DNA of 64,000 nucleotides from Octopus vulgaris (GCA_951406725.2 OX597837.1:12524001-12588000); one strand, 5' to 3'; numbered from the stretch's first letter, positions 1-15,625 are shown. Notes: a model not told the origin generated them from the letters alone. Program-made: numbers and translations.

Positions 1-1057
1 TCATAGAAAAGGTTTCGAATAGGACTCTAACAGAACGAGTTGACAGATATTTCTTTGAATGTACAAAATCTGCAAATTTTCCACATAGAGGTAGACCAAT
101 CATTAGACCGGCCGAAGGAGCAGACGACATTAAACCACTGGATATTACATCAATGTTTAAGGTGTCTTTCATATATAGAGGTAGCAACACCTCAAAAGTG
201 GACGCCATCCAGTCATGAACGAACAAACTGAAAATAATGGCCCAAACTGCAGGTGAAGAAAGCAGCCGTTTCCAAGGTACATTTTTAACAACTTTTTCAC
301 TTATTGTAGTTCTGTTTATGTAAGAACGTTCTTCTTCGCTGATAGTGGGATGGACGTCTGGATTATCGTAAACCACATAAAACCACACACAACTAAACAC
401 CAACGATAATCCACCGAATGTATAAAATATAGAACCCCATCCATTATCAAATCCATATACACAGAGGTAACCAGACATTGATAGACCCACGATATCACCT
501 AGAAACTGACCAGAAAATGTAAACCCAAGCAAAGCAGAAATTTCGTTTGAGGGCCCCCAATGTCCAAATAAAGACTGAATTGCTGGAAATAAGGGTCCTG
601 ATGCTACGCCTGTTAAGATCCTTAGTACAAGCGTAAAGTAACCACTAATTCGAGACAAACTTGGGTATAAAATTGTAAGAATGGATGCTGAGAGAATCGA
701 ACCCCCTAGAACTCGTTTCCCACCGTATTTGTCTGCTAATAAACCGCCTAGAAAATTAGTTGCCATATATCCGTAGAAGAACCCAGCCAGGATGTTCGCT
801 TGCAAGGTGTCACTCCATTCGAACTCTCCTTCAAAATTTGCTTTCATTGAATTATTATCCAAACCGAAACAATATTGGCTGTTTGCAGTAAAATTCACCT
901 CCCCTCTTGTGTGATTGAGGGGTTTCAACATACAAAGAAAGGCCATACTTAGATCCACTCGCATTGTTTGTAGCAGAAGACAACTCATGCAACAAGCATA
1001 GCATAATCTCCATCGACATGAAGAATAACGCTTAATCCAGTTGGTGAAGGCAGACAT
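1..1057 (-). CDS. SLC17/sialin-like MFS anion transporter, diverged paralog (3' end runs off the window)
   Basis: Manual translation from ATG at 1057 is open for 352 codons to the window edge (MSAFTNWIKRYSSCRWRLCY...MRVDLSMAFLCM...GFFYGY...GGLLADKYGGKRV...VPWKRLLSSPAVWA). It is collinear with the 487-aa ORF at 19215 and is missing from the ORF track because no stop lies in the window. Confidence 0.92.
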   Translation of the reverse strand, partial: MSAFTNWIKRYSSCRWRLCYACCMSCLLLQTMRVDLSMAFLCMLKPLNHTRGEVNFTANSQYCFGLDNNSMKANFEGEFEWSDTLQANILAGFFYGYMATNFLGGLLADKYGGKRVLGGSILSASILTILYPSLSRISGYFTLVLRILTGVASGPLFPAIQSLFGHWGPSNEISALLGFTFSGQFLGDIVGLSMSGYLCVYGFDNGWGSIFYTFGGLSLVFSCVWFYVVYDNPDVHPTISEEERSYINRTTISEKVVKNVPWKRLLSSPAVWAIIFSLFVHDWMASTFEVLLPLYMKDTLNIDVISSGLMSSAPSAGLMIGLPLCGKFADFVHSKKYLSTRSVRVLFETFSM

Positions 1058-1760
1058 TTTTGTTAACTTTGATTTCCACTGGTTCTCACAATATTTCGCT
1101 TGATGTTTTGGTGAAAGTATATTCAGTGATGTGTGCGGTAATTTCTCAATATGGAATCAATGACATAAAAGATTGTCTCAAAAGTCAGCAACTTATTCGT
1201 TTCTTTTGGTTAGCTTGATTACATAGAATAAACGATGTTTGTTTTGTCTCTGAAGTGTATATTTGATTAGACGAAACATGGACTCCAATAACTAAAATTA
1301 AAATGTCTTTAGAACCAATATGCGTCACAGTTATTCCATCTTCGATAAATATATTCCCTCATCGATAAATATATTTCATTATCGATAAATATAGATGGCG
1401 TTTACCAATGAATACAGTATCTGGTATCAATACATATCAATCAAGATCTTTTCGTTATATATTTCTTTTTCTTATTATTTAAAACTAGAATAAATCACCG
1501 TAAATCAAGAAAATGTCCAAGAAATGATATAACTGTAAAGGTACGAAGTTGTGAAATATATTTGTTATTTTGGTATAATCTGTTATACTGGAAAAGGCAA
1601 TATTACGGTATTTAACTGTGTACAGTAGATATGATATCTCACTCGTGTTTAAGAGACAGTTGATGAGCAAATGGTGAGCGACTGGTGACGGTAAGATGTC
1701 TGTTCAGTTCCAATTGGTTCTATGATTTGTTGGATAGTGTTCCTTGTAAAAGTTCGGTGT
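1058..1760 (-). promoter_or_regulatory. Conserved 5' flank shared by SLC17 paralogs
   Basis: Collinear blocks match 51572-52210 and rc of 18580-19214, e.g. ggtaagatgtctgttcagtt (1690 vs 52149) and ttcttttg.t.agcttgatt.cata.aataaa (1202 vs 51691). Confidence 0.55.
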
Positions 1761-2145
1761 AGATGCCATAGTAAAACGGTAGCGAATTGCTAGAAAGCTA
1801 TGCTTGCGAAACGGTTTGTGTTTGATTAAATAAATAAGCTCTGTATGGCTGTGTGGTGGTGTTTACTATATAGATTCCTGTCCAGTTGAGTCATTCCAGG
1901 TAGTCCGTTCCTTGTATTTAAAATGTGATAGAAGTTAAAGATGGCGTTTCTGGAAATACTAGTCCAAGGAGAAATATTGGCAGGAGTAATTGATGAAGTT
2001 GAAAATTAAGTTCTTGTGGTATTTCTGAACGTCCCATTTTGCCCTAAGGTCAGGCAAAACTTATGCGATTCGACTTTTCGGAATAATAAGTGCCTGTATC
2101 GATATAAGAATTACATATTAGTTAACATATATACATACGTACATA

Positions 2146-2224
<79 letters not shown>

Positions 2225-2294
2225 ATCACCTATACCACTAGCTGGCATATACAGGTGCTTACAGTTATCAAGTATTCACCCTGAATTTTTTGTA

Positions 2295-2371
<77 letters not shown>

Positions 2372-2563
2372 AATATTATATACATATATATATATAAAAC
2401 AAGTCAAATTGCGATAAAATAAAATTAATTATTATCGCTGGTATTTCTAGCACAAGCCATATATTATTCATATATCAGTACATTAAGGCGAAATATGTGC
2501 TAGAAATACAGAAGCTAGATAAATTTAGTGAAATGAAGATAAAAACATTTACTAACTCGGTTC

Positions 2564-2637
2564 CTCTTAGACTGCAGTTTCGTTCTTTTCATCAATAAGG
2601 ATAATTTATTTGCTCAGGGAGAATTCATCGGTAAGAG
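2564..2637 (-). ncRNA. Type I hammerhead ribozyme motif (Penelope-associated)
   Basis: rc reads ctctta-CCGATGA-attct..(long loop)..agaac-GAAA-ctgcag-TC-taagag: 6-bp stem I, palindromic loop III, GUC site. Confidence 0.7.
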
Positions 2638-2677
2638 CCCTGTTGTTCTGAGATCAAAATAACTAACATTTGTCTAG

Positions 2678-2838
2678 GGTTAATTTACATTTTTGTTATT
2701 TTTCATTTGTCCTGCTCGCTTACGTTCATAGTTGTGCTAATTTTCCTTGAGAAGAATTCTTGGTGGTTGAGACCATTGTGGATCTATTTTTAGCGCAAGA
2801 GCGTCCACATAGTGGATTCTCTCTTATATTTGTGTGTT
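2678..2838 (+). repeat. Penelope-like element 3' terminal repeat fragment
   Basis: About 80% similar to 22485-22643, the 3' end of the Penelope relic downstream of the intact gene. Confidence 0.55.
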
Positions 2839-2925
2839 AATATTTACTGAATCCCAGTTTTTATGCGCTAAACCACTTGGTGTTAAATTGATGTTATTAA
2901 ATTAATATCCAATTTTGTCACCCTT

Positions 2926-2993
<68 letters not shown>

Positions 2994-4237
2994 CATATAT
3001 ATAAGTTATTAAGATTCAGTTATACTAGGTTGAATCACCAAATAAGCGCGGTAGTATCCGCACAGCTCAAAGTGAGGTGAATAAAATCAAAATAAGTAAC
3101 TCATACGACCGTTTCACACGGATTCGTTTAATTGCATCAATTTAAATATAGCGCCATCTTCCATTGCAAGAAATATGGATTTTCAACAGACAACATATGT
3201 GTTAATATAATATTAAACTAATATTTTATCAGAGCTAGAGGAGGTACGAATTTCATAATGTCAATATTGCCCCAGGAATAAGCTAAGAACAACTATAATT
3301 TTGGAGTGGCATGGAACACAGTGGGAGCTGGGGGGGGGGGCATAGGGTTGTAAATCCTTTCAAGTGTTTTTATTTACCTTCTTATCATCAACAAAAGATC
3401 TAAGATTAGAAGACTGCGTTTATTGAGAATAATCGATATTGCGTTGACAGATGAATATTGTGTGTTGACTGGTGGTCATAAATAAATATTACTAGATGCT
3501 TCCCATATTCCTTAATTTCTTACTATTTCTTAATAATTTCCTACTGCCATAAGTACCCCTTTCCACAAAAAGAAACAAACTTTTGAAGGAGTCAATTAGC
3601 TAGTAGTAAATGCCCATAGAGAGCTAGGGTAGGGTTGACATTAAACCTTGTCATTATTTTCAGTTAAAAGGGCGTATACTATGAAACACAGTACACTATA
3701 ATGAGAACTGGAAAAAATTAAAGGTTCAGGGATAAGTTTATAATCAAGTTATCGTAAAGAAAAACCTGTATTATTATGTTGTATAAAAATAAAAGTAACA
3801 TTTTTCTGAAAATTTAGAAAGGGATATCAAACTAGGCTGACTAACGCTAGCATATATAGATCAATTTAAACATTAAAAAGAATTTAGTTCACGGACACCC
3901 AGGGGCCTGCGGATCCCAGGTTCAGAATCACTGGCCTAGACTATAAAGTTATGCAGATATTTAGATCTCAAATATTATAAAATCTTTGAAACAACTTGTA
4001 TATAGATACTGCTAGAAGGACACACTGTGTCATATACTGAAACACAAACCCTCTCTCTCTCTGTCCCTCTCTCTCTCTCTCACACACACAGACTCATGCG
4101 TAGCATATGTTACCACAACAACCAACCAAATAGTTTTTCATTGTTTAAAACTATGGTTGCCAAATGCCAAGATGATCAAGCGCATATCCTCATCAGGTAT
4201 AAAATATCATTGGGTGTAAATTCTCACGTATATAATA

Positions 4238-4630
4238 CAAGCAGTATCGCCCGGTGTTGCTCGGGTTTGTAAGGGAAATAACTATATAAGCATTTTTAGA
4301 GAGTTATAGCCAAAAAATAGCAAAAAATGCATTCAAAATGGAAAAAAATGATGGTAATTTTTTTTTAAAATCGTTGGCTCATCGTAGACATTTTTAGAGA
4401 GTTACTTCCCTTATATAATAGCGACAAAATGCATTAAATGGGAAGAAATGATGGTAAATTTTTTTAAATCGTAGACTCTTCGTAGACGCGCGCTAATACC
4501 CAGAAGGGCTCGATATGAATCACGACTATAAGATACCCGGTTTTGGCTAAACTGCACCTCAAAATGTGGGAGTAGTTAGGAATCTAAATCGTAGGAGACA
4601 GACACACAGCTTGACTTTTATATATAAAGA
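4238..4630 (-). mobile_element. Non-autonomous Helitron
   Basis: rc starts TC and ends with the cccgagcaacaccggg hairpin plus CTTG (CTAG in other copies). Same family as 27481-27993 and 62378-62672. Confidence 0.75.
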
Positions 4631-5161
4631 TAATCTGGTATATACTGTCTTCTGTTGTTTAATATTATCAGATTTATGATGTTATCGGGTGTATATGACA
4701 TCATCGAGTGCATCAAATATCATCAAGTATATATAACACTCTTTGTCCTGTTATCAATACATCACACACCTTGAAATGATATCTACGTGTATGTACGTAT
4801 GTTTATACATATGTATGTATATATACACACAATCGTGCAAACACACATACACGCTTACATATATGCATATGCTGACAAACACATACGCACACGCAAATAT
4901 ATGTATACACACACACATATAAATGTGTGTGTATCTTTTTAGGTATTTACATATACTGGGATGGCCAAAAATTACGTAAGCTTTTTTCCCTATGAGTGCG
5001 CATGCACCCATATTAGATGCATGACCCTTCAACGTAGTTCGACGCGAACCTGTAACGCGATTCGTTGCTTTTTGTGTGTTTCAGATCAGCCTGAAAATGG
5101 AGATCACTGAAGACGTTACAGACACGTCGTTCTTTTTTTTCATTTTAATAAAAGCAAGAAA

Positions 5162-5871
5162 AGGAGTGGCTGTGTGGTTAGTCGCTTGCTTACCAACCAC
5201 ATGGTTCCGGGTTCAGTCCCACTGCATGGCACCTTGGGCAAGTGGCTTCTGCAAAGTAGCTTGCTTACCAACCACATGGTTCCGGGTTCAGTCCCACTGC
5301 ATGGCACCTTGGGCAAGTGTCTTCTGCTAAGTAGCTTGCTAACCAACCACATGGTTCCGGGTTCAGTCCCACTGCGTGGCATCTTGGGCAAGTGTCTTCT
5401 GCTAAATAGCTTGCTAACCAACCACATGGTTCCGGGTTCAGTCCCACTGCGTGGCACCTTGGGCAAGTGTCTTCTGCTAAGTAGCTTGCTAACCAACCAC
5501 ATGGTTCCGGGTTCAGTCCCACTGCGTGGCATCTTGGGCAAGTGTCTTCTACTATAGCCTCGGGCCGACCAAAGCATTGTGAGTGTATTTGATAGATGGA
5601 AACTGAAAGAAGCCTGTCGTATATATGTATATATATATATGTGTATGTATATGTGTGTGTATGTTCGTGTGTCTGTGTTTGTCCGACCAACACCGCTTGA
5701 CAACCGATGCTGGTGTGTTTACGTCCCCGTAACCTAGCGGTTCTGTAAAAATGACGGATAGAATAAGTACTGGACTTACAAAGAATAAGTCCTGGGGTCG
5801 ATTTGCTCGACTAAAGGCGGTGCTCCAGCATGGCCCAAGTCAAACCTCTGAAACACGTAAAACAGTAAAGA

Positions 5872-5872
<1 letters not shown>
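5162..5872 (+). mobile_element. tRNA-derived SINE (octopus-type) with 5 tandem 75-bp head repeats
   Basis: A-box-like tggctgtgtggt, B-box ggttcagtccc, internal (TA)/(TG) tract and tail ggcggtgctccagcatggcc. accaaccacatgg recurs at 5192, 5267, 5342, 5417 and 5492. Confidence 0.85.
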
Positions 5873-5967
<95 letters not shown>

Positions 5968-6009
5968 CGTGTGTGTGTGGTATGTGTGTGTATCGTGGTG
6001 TGTGGTTTT

Positions 6010-6179
6010 TTTTTTAATCGTAGACTCATCGTAGACGCGCGCTAATACCCAGAAGGGCTCGATATGAATCACGACTATAAGATACCCGCTTTTGGTTAAA
6101 CTGCATCGCAAAATGTGGGAGTAGTTAGGAATCTAAATCGTAGGAGACAGACACACAACTTCACTTTTATATATAAAGA
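6010..6179 (-). mobile_element. Helitron, 5' part only (mirror of 62378-62672)
   Basis: Same sequence and same flank (ttcacttgta) as the right-arm copy; the 3' end is deleted. Confidence 0.7.
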
Positions 6180-6812
6180 TTTCACTTGTAGCTTGTTGAT
6201 CGTTTCTTCATGTCAATCAAAACGAATTCGGTTAGATTTATGAACATCGGTAAATATCTTATTGCTGTTCCCGGTATTTGCAACTACGGTAACTTGATCA
6301 ATGGGTAAATGACGCTATTCCAATTCACGAGCATCATATCGTTTCCAGTTTGTTCTCGTTCAATTACATTGTCTTATTATTTCTTCATAGGCATGGTCAA
6401 AGTTACAAATACCAGTAAAAACAATGAATTTATAACGTGAAGATCTTGATATAATTAGACATAAGGCTAGACGGTGGACGCAGAATACATTAACCGCAGT
6501 AAAATACAGCCATACTGCGCTTTATCTACCACGAAGGGATAAACCGCAAATTTGAGACCGGAAGAACTGGAACTCAGAACGTAAAGATGGACGTAAAAGT
6601 TACTTAACATCTCAGCAACATTGCATCCGGTGTCCTAACGAGTCCGCATGCGCGCCACTTTACTGTGATACATTATCGTACGTATTATGATATAAATATA
6701 TTTTGTATAATATGCGTGAGTATTGAGTTCAAATGTTTATCATTACATACCATACAAACGAAATAGAAATATCAAATAGTGTTTATTTCAGATATTGTTA
6801 AGATCCAATCAG

Positions 6813-8108
6813 TATTGGGTCATCAATCCCATAAATAATGCAGTTTTTTTTTCAGCTGCATGAACTAAAGTCGGAGGGAGACGGGATAAATTACCTGCAC
6901 CAACTTGCTATGAAATCAGGTTGTAATTTTACCTTGTACTTATTTTTAGTGCAAGTTTCGAAGAATGCGATTTGATTTTAACAGTTTTTCAATGCTATAA
7001 TTGAAGTGACAAAAAAGCATTTTCAGTATATTTTGCTTTATGAGTTCAATAAAAGCAACAACACAAAAGAAAGCGCGAGGAATATTAATGCAGGAAATGG
7101 GGATCGGACAATAAGCGTAAGCCAGGGTCAACGGTGGTTGCAGAAACTCCAACTTTGGAAACTACAATCTAGAAGACGAACCTCGTCCTGGAAGATCGTT
7201 AGAACTTGACGAGGACGTCCTGCAAATCCTGGTGAAACAAAATCCCATCATAACTGTTGAGGAAGTAGTAGAGAAGCTTAGATTTGGTCATTCAACCTTT
7301 CATTGACACCTGTTTGCCATCCGAAAAGTCAGAAAATTGGGTCAATGGGTTCCTCACAAACATTCCGTTTCTAATCGCGTGCAGAGCGTAAATGTGTGCT
7401 CTTTTTCGTTGTCACGTCTCACGAATAAACCTTTTTTTGGACCGAATAGTGACTGGTGACAAGAAATGGGTTCTGTATAAAAATGTGAATCTCCGAGGAT
7501 AGTGGGCATGGAAAGGAGAAAAACCGACTCCCTAGGCTAAAGAAGGGCTTCACCCACGTAAATTGTTGTTACCTGTTCGGTGGGATATGGAAGGTTTAGT
7601 CCACTTTGAACTTTAAACCAAAACCAAACGATAACAAAGGAGATCTACTGCGAGCAGCTTGAGCGGCTTCAGTCACGCTAGAAGAAAAACAGCATTCTTT
7701 GCTTTCAAGACGAAAGGTGTTCTTCCATCGGGATAATACTCGGCCACATACAGCGAGGATGACATTGGAAAGACTTTTTAATGGGAAACGATGCACCATC
7801 CACCATATTGCTTCATCTGATTATCATTTATTCAGCAGTTTTCAAAATTATTCGGACAGAATAAAAAATGAATTATTCGGACAGAATAAAAAATGAATTC
7901 TGTAGGTCACAATGGTACTGGGAGAGTATTTTTCATCAGGGACAAGTGTATTTTGGAAGAGGGGCCTTGCATGTCTACCAGATAGATGGAAGAGCATTGT
8001 ATAAAATGAAGGAGAGTATACTATAGATTAAAAGAGAAATTTACCTTAATTTTGAAAAATAAATGAAGGATTAAAAACCTCATTTTTTGTCTTTGTTGCA
8101 TCCAATAC
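6813..8108 (+). mobile_element. Degenerate mariner transposon
   Basis: Broken transposase motifs: HFQYILLYEFNK (HTH), WVPH (7347), IVTGDKKWVLY, FHRDNTRPH, SDYHLF. Decayed TIRs tattggg.../...tccaata. Confidence 0.9.
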
Positions 8109-8109
8109 A

Positions 8110-9300
8110 TTTTTCAATTCCGTTTGGTAATGTTATAACAGACGTTTATTCTGGTGTGTTCTGAGTACCAACAATTTTAATGGAAGATACAATGCTAAGT
8201 TTATAGTAAATGTCTGTCCCCGTCCTTGTTTGGCAGTTGACTGTTTTATAGGATGTCTAAAATTGTGTGTTGGTCAAGACTATATTGCTTCGTGAATAGT
8301 ATATTTTTTATTATTTCCACTGAAATTTGGTTTGAACATCTTTTAGTTGTTTTTGGTCTCAAGCTTTAGAATGAAGCAATAGTTGAGGTCAATTTTCTAG
8401 CATTCTTGTCTAGATCTGCTGAAGAAACTGGTATTGAAAGACATACAACAGAACCTAAATGTTGGCCACCAAATGCAAACCCAATCAATGAACTAAATTC
8501 CTTTAGAGGGGCCCAACGTCCAAACAAGGACTGAACTGATGGGAATATTGGTCCTGATACCACTCCTGTTAATATCCTTAGAACAAGCGTAAAATAACCA
8601 CTAATTCGCGATAAACTTGGATGAAGAATGGCTAAGATGGATGCTAAGAGAAGTGAAATTCCGAACTCTTTTTCCACCATATTTATCTGCTAAAATTCCA
8701 CCCAAAACATTAGTACCCATGCCGAAATGTACCAAAATTCACAAAAACTTACAAAATAGTTTGGCAATATGTCACAACCGCAACAATAGAGAAGAATATC
8801 GGTTTTTGTTATAAAATTAGAAATATGTGAGTGTATAATGACACACAGACATCATTGTCAGTAGAACGTAAAAATACCGTGAAGTCAAAGATATTTAAGC
8901 ACGACAAAGCTGAAATACATTGAAGTCAATGTTTAGGTATTTGTAGCAAAACTGAATTCAAACACACTGGGCGAACAAAAAGGGAAAATAATGAAACAGG
9001 GAGAACAGACAAAAACCGTAACAACAGAGATTTTTAAGCCAATTTGAAGGCAGAACTTAGAAACTCCATTTGAGTATATAAAATTCTAGAAGAAAATAAG
9101 TTGAGTGAAAAAACTTGAGCCGCTTTAGGATAGCTTTTTCTAATGCATTTACCGCTCAGTGGCGTTAAATGCATTAGATGAAATCTCATTGGTTAGTAAT
9201 AAAGGCTTATCGGCATTGATATATTACACTTTTTCTTTTGCATCCATTCTTCAATGAGCAACTAGTTTTAATTCTGCAATCACAATTATTAGCTATATTA
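8110..9300 (-). mobile_element. Highly decayed Penelope-like relic surrounding the SLC17 fragment
   Basis: NNCDCRIKTSCSLKNGCKRKSVIYQC (9207-9290) resembles the CNCR..CPL.G.C....VVY motif that precedes Penelope GIY-YIG domains. Confidence 0.45.
8432..8714 (-). pseudogene. Internal SLC17 gene fragment (about codons 100-194)
   Basis: About 96% identical to 19512-19797, with a 2-bp deletion near 8662, fused to unrelated sequence on both sides. Confidence 0.9.
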
Positions 9301-9347
9301 TTATTTAAGAAAAGAATATTTGGTAAGGGAACACTATCATATAGTAG

Positions 9348-9710
9348 GAGCACTCCGTTGGTTACGACGATGAGGGTCCCAGCTGATACGATCAACGGAA
9401 CAGCTTGCTCGTGGAATTAACGTGCAAGTGGTTGAGCACTCCACAGACACGTGTACTCTTAACGTAGTTCTCGAAGAGATTCAGCGTGACAGAGAGTGTG
9501 ACAAGGCTGGCCCTTTGAAATACAGGTACAACAGAAACAGGAAGAAAGAGTGAGAGAAAGTTGTGGTGAAAGAGTACAGCAGGGTTCACCACCACCCCCT
9601 GCCGGAGCCTCGTGAAGCTTTAGGTGACTCACAATGCCCGGTCTGGAAATCGAAACCGCGATCCTACGACCGCGAGTCCGCTGCCCTGACCACTGGGCTA
9701 TTGCGCCTCC
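9348..9710 (-). mobile_element. tRNA(Arg-like)-derived SINE
   Basis: rc head ggaggcgcaatagcccagtggtcagggcagcggactcgcggtcgtaggatcgcggtttcgatt has A/B boxes. Mirror at 59170-59530. Confidence 0.75.
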
Positions 9711-9735
9711 ACTATTATATATATACACACACAAA

Positions 9736-9776
<41 letters not shown>

Positions 9777-9789
9777 CATACACAAACAA

Positions 9790-9840
<51 letters not shown>

Positions 9841-9976
9841 TGTATATATATTTAAATATATATTTAATATATATGTATAATATATATATATACTTATATA
9901 TATACATATATATATTAACATATATATATGTATGTATATATGTATGTATATATGTATGTATATATATATGTATATA

Positions 9977-10039
<63 letters not shown>

Positions 10040-10419
10040 TTAGAGATAAAACCACTATTAGGCAAATCAAACAGTGAAAATCATAAGCCAATACATAAAA
10101 ATAAAATTAATTAAAAAAATATAAAATATAAATATAAAGAATATAAAATTCCAGATTAAAATGTTTAAATTAAAGTTAAAATTTAAAAAATTTATTTAAA
10201 TAATTTAAACTTATAGATTTTAAATATATATATATATATATATTATAAAATGAGATAGGGGTTGAAAATTCAACCCACCATGGGATAATATATATCCAAT
10301 ATACTGCTAGATAGGTACCCAACAAAATTAATACATAGATGTTAAAAATTGTCAAACAATCAGTTCATCTATTGTATTATATGGGTAAAGGTAATAATAT
10401 TACCGTAAATTAATACTAC

Positions 10420-11485
<1,066 letters not shown>

Positions 11486-11611
11486 ATATATATATATATA
11501 TATATTATTTTTACTTTATTTTATTTTATTTATTTATTTTTTTGTAAATTATATAACTATCAAAAAGTATTAAAAGTTTAATATAAGATAAAGAGTAAAC
11601 GTATATATATG

Positions 11612-11673
<62 letters not shown>

Positions 11674-12418
11674 GGAGAGAGAGAGAGAGATAGAGAGAGA
11701 GATTGAATGCGAGATTTTGTTAGTGAATAAAGAAATAGACTCACAACTTTACATGGAGCAGTTATTTCTTGAATTGCCCGATTCCAGTGGAGAAAGTACT
11801 CGCGTCTAACTTTTCACAATGGATACAACTGTACGAATTCTTTGGTGAAGTCTTTTGTCTGTTTGATACTTAATAGGCAACATAAAAAGGAAAATCATAC
11901 ATTTCTTTTGGTTTCGAATGTGAGATAAATTTTGATAAGGTGTCAATAGTTTCTCGATGCTAATATACTAAATCCAGCTTTACAATTAAAATCATCAATT
12001 TCCTGTTTCTCGATGTAACTTATGCGCAGTTTCAGTAACCTGATTAGTGAGAATGAATACAGAAACAGGTGGGTAGTCGATAGATTAGAGTCGTGACACT
12101 TGCGCTTCTTTTTTTCACTCTCACCTTATTAAATTTCATTTTATGAAAGTTTTCATGTGCATGGTCTAAGCCACATCACCAGTAAAAGCTGGTGAAATTT
12201 CAAAGATATTTGTTATATGATATTATACGTTACTTACATATCAGAAGTGGTTAATATCAAAGCGAGTTGTATACCGTAGGCTACTCTTCAGGTCAATGTT
12301 ATCTTGATTACATGAAGTTTACATTTTCGTTTGAAGGCACATGTTAACACATGGAAGAATCGATCATAAAGCGTAGAGAACACGTGCTCTTACATTCATA
12401 CATACATACATACATACA

Positions 12419-13330
<912 letters not shown>

Positions 13331-13797
13331 AAGGCATGGCCGCAGTCAAAGGCATTAATCTCCGTATTACTCTCCTGATTTTATATCTGCTCTGAATGAC
13401 CAGGTCACTGCAGCTGCATATAAAATAGAGCGAGAAACAGGCACTTATTCATTTTAATTGACAAGCTGTATCCGTTTGGTTAAAGGCATGGCCGCAGTCA
13501 AATGACTGAAACAAGTGGCCGAACCATGCACTGCAAAACTCATTCAGAAAAAAGAAATTTAATCAGGTGAGGGTGAAAATAAGAAGGAGATGAACTCATA
13601 GCACCTCATAGTCACGACATTAATCTCCGTATTACTCTCCTGATTTTATATCTGCTCTGAATGACCAGGTCACTGCAGCTGCATATAAAATAGAGCGAGA
13701 AACAGGCACTTATTCATTTTAATTGACAAGCTGTATCCGTTTGGTTAAAGGCATGGCCGCAGTCAAATGACTGAAACAAGTAAAAAGAGTAAAAAGA

Positions 13798-13842
<45 letters not shown>

Positions 13843-13899
13843 AAAAAGGAGATGTGGAACACGAGTTGTGATATATAAAAAAAGGAAATGAAGAAAATG

Positions 13900-14533
13900 C
13901 TGACAAAATAATTTAAGTAAGGGAGAGTGTATTTAATTAGATGAAAGTTCTTTTTACCGGTTGCGCATTTGTTATGCTTATCAAAAGATATTTTTTTAAG
14001 AGAGATAGAGTTCCTTTCTGATAGATTTGTTTCTCTTATCTGAATTTATGTTGGGTTTGCTGCCTCTTATATGTGAAAAAAGAGGCTCCAGAGTTGTTTA
14101 AGATTTGCTTTGTTTCGCGCCTAAAATTTCTTGAGGACAATGGTCAATACAATTTTGATTGGTCATTATAAAGGGGTCACGTGAATGTTTGAATGGAAGT
14201 TGGTGTTGGGGTAAGAAAATAGGCTCCAGAGATGTTAAAATTTGGCTAGTGTCACGCCTAAAATTTCTTATTGGTCAGAATAAAGAGGTCACGTGGATGT
14301 GGTCATAATAGAGAGGTCACGTGAATGTTTAGAATGAATGTTAGTGTGGGTGGTGTATGGAGTTTTCGAAAATAGCGTTGTTGAAAATTCTTAATGTTCA
14401 GGCTGGTCAGTAGACGTCATGTGGATATTTTAATTAGCTTTTTAGCGCGTAGTTAAGGAGTGTATTTTCCGCTTGACTGAATTTGAGCTGGATAAGTAAG
14501 TTTGTTTTGGACAGGAAAACTATGTGTATGCGT

Positions 14534-14595
<62 letters not shown>

Positions 14596-15300
14596 ATATG
14601 TATGTTGGGGCGAGCGCGCGTGTATATATGTGTGCGTGTGTGGGTACAATTTTCAATATTTATAGTTCTGCTGGCCTTGTGCCTGTTTCGGGAAGCAACG
14701 TGTTTGTGTGAAGTTAATATTTACAGTCATTTCCAAAAAATAGTGTTGGATGTTTTGCACCCGTATCAAATTATGTGTATGTGTGGAACCATATATTTGC
14801 GTGTGTCATGGTGTTAATATCTGGGTAAAAGTGTGTGTAGGGTGTGTGCAGGTGTAAGTGTGTGCAGGTGTGGGTTCGTGTTAGGGGGATGTGTTTAGAA
14901 GTGGTCTGTATTTATTAATAAGGTGGGATTCCATGGTTATTCGCTGGGTATGAGTGGCATTGTCTTTAAATAAGTAGAGGGGAAAGATTCTAAAATTGGG
15001 ATGAAGTTGTGCCTCACAGGCATCAATATGTGCATTAAGTGCTATTTTTCTGTATTCCTGTATTCTTATTTGGGATCTGTGGACTGTCATGCGTTGGCGG
15101 AGGCTATTTTTAGTTTCGCCTATGTAGTGTACATTACAGCCCGAGCAAGTTAAGACATATACTAGGTTTTCTGATGCGCATGTGAAGTTGTGTTTTATTG
15201 TGAAACGTTGTCCTTGTTTAAAAAGGAATTCCGGACCTTCTATTAGGTTGATGCATATACCACAGTTGGGACTATTGCATTTGTTTACTGTGGGTTTAGT
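13900..15300 (-). mobile_element. 5'-truncated Penelope-like retroelement (GIY-YIG endonuclease + 3' region)
   Basis: rc encodes KCNSPNCGIC...NFTCASENLVYVLTCSGCNVHYIGETKNSLRQRMTVHRSQI...MESHLINKYRPLLN (15290-14881). Confidence 0.88.
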
Positions 15301-15516
15301 ATTATTATTGTCAATTGTTGAACCTGTCTAAATTCTCCTTTGAAATATAATATGATATAATATAATATAATATAATATAATGTAATATAATATAATATAA
15401 TATATATATACATATAACATATCCGGTTGTCCGTCTGAGTACTTCACAGCTCTCTCTACATAATAAAAAATATATAACTCTGTGCATGTGTGTGAGTGCT
15501 TGTGTGTGTTTCTGTT

Positions 15517-15625
<109 letters not shown>

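Noticed and set aside
5140-5703. Repetitive ORFs and CRISPR-like periodicity in the 75-bp array
   Set aside because: Units are contiguous SINE-head copies with no unique spacers, no cas genes and a eukaryotic context.
9140-9177. 14-bp-arm hairpin (mirror 59700-59737) as a terminator or miRNA
   Set aside because: Too short, AT-rich and inside a decayed repeat; no supporting context.
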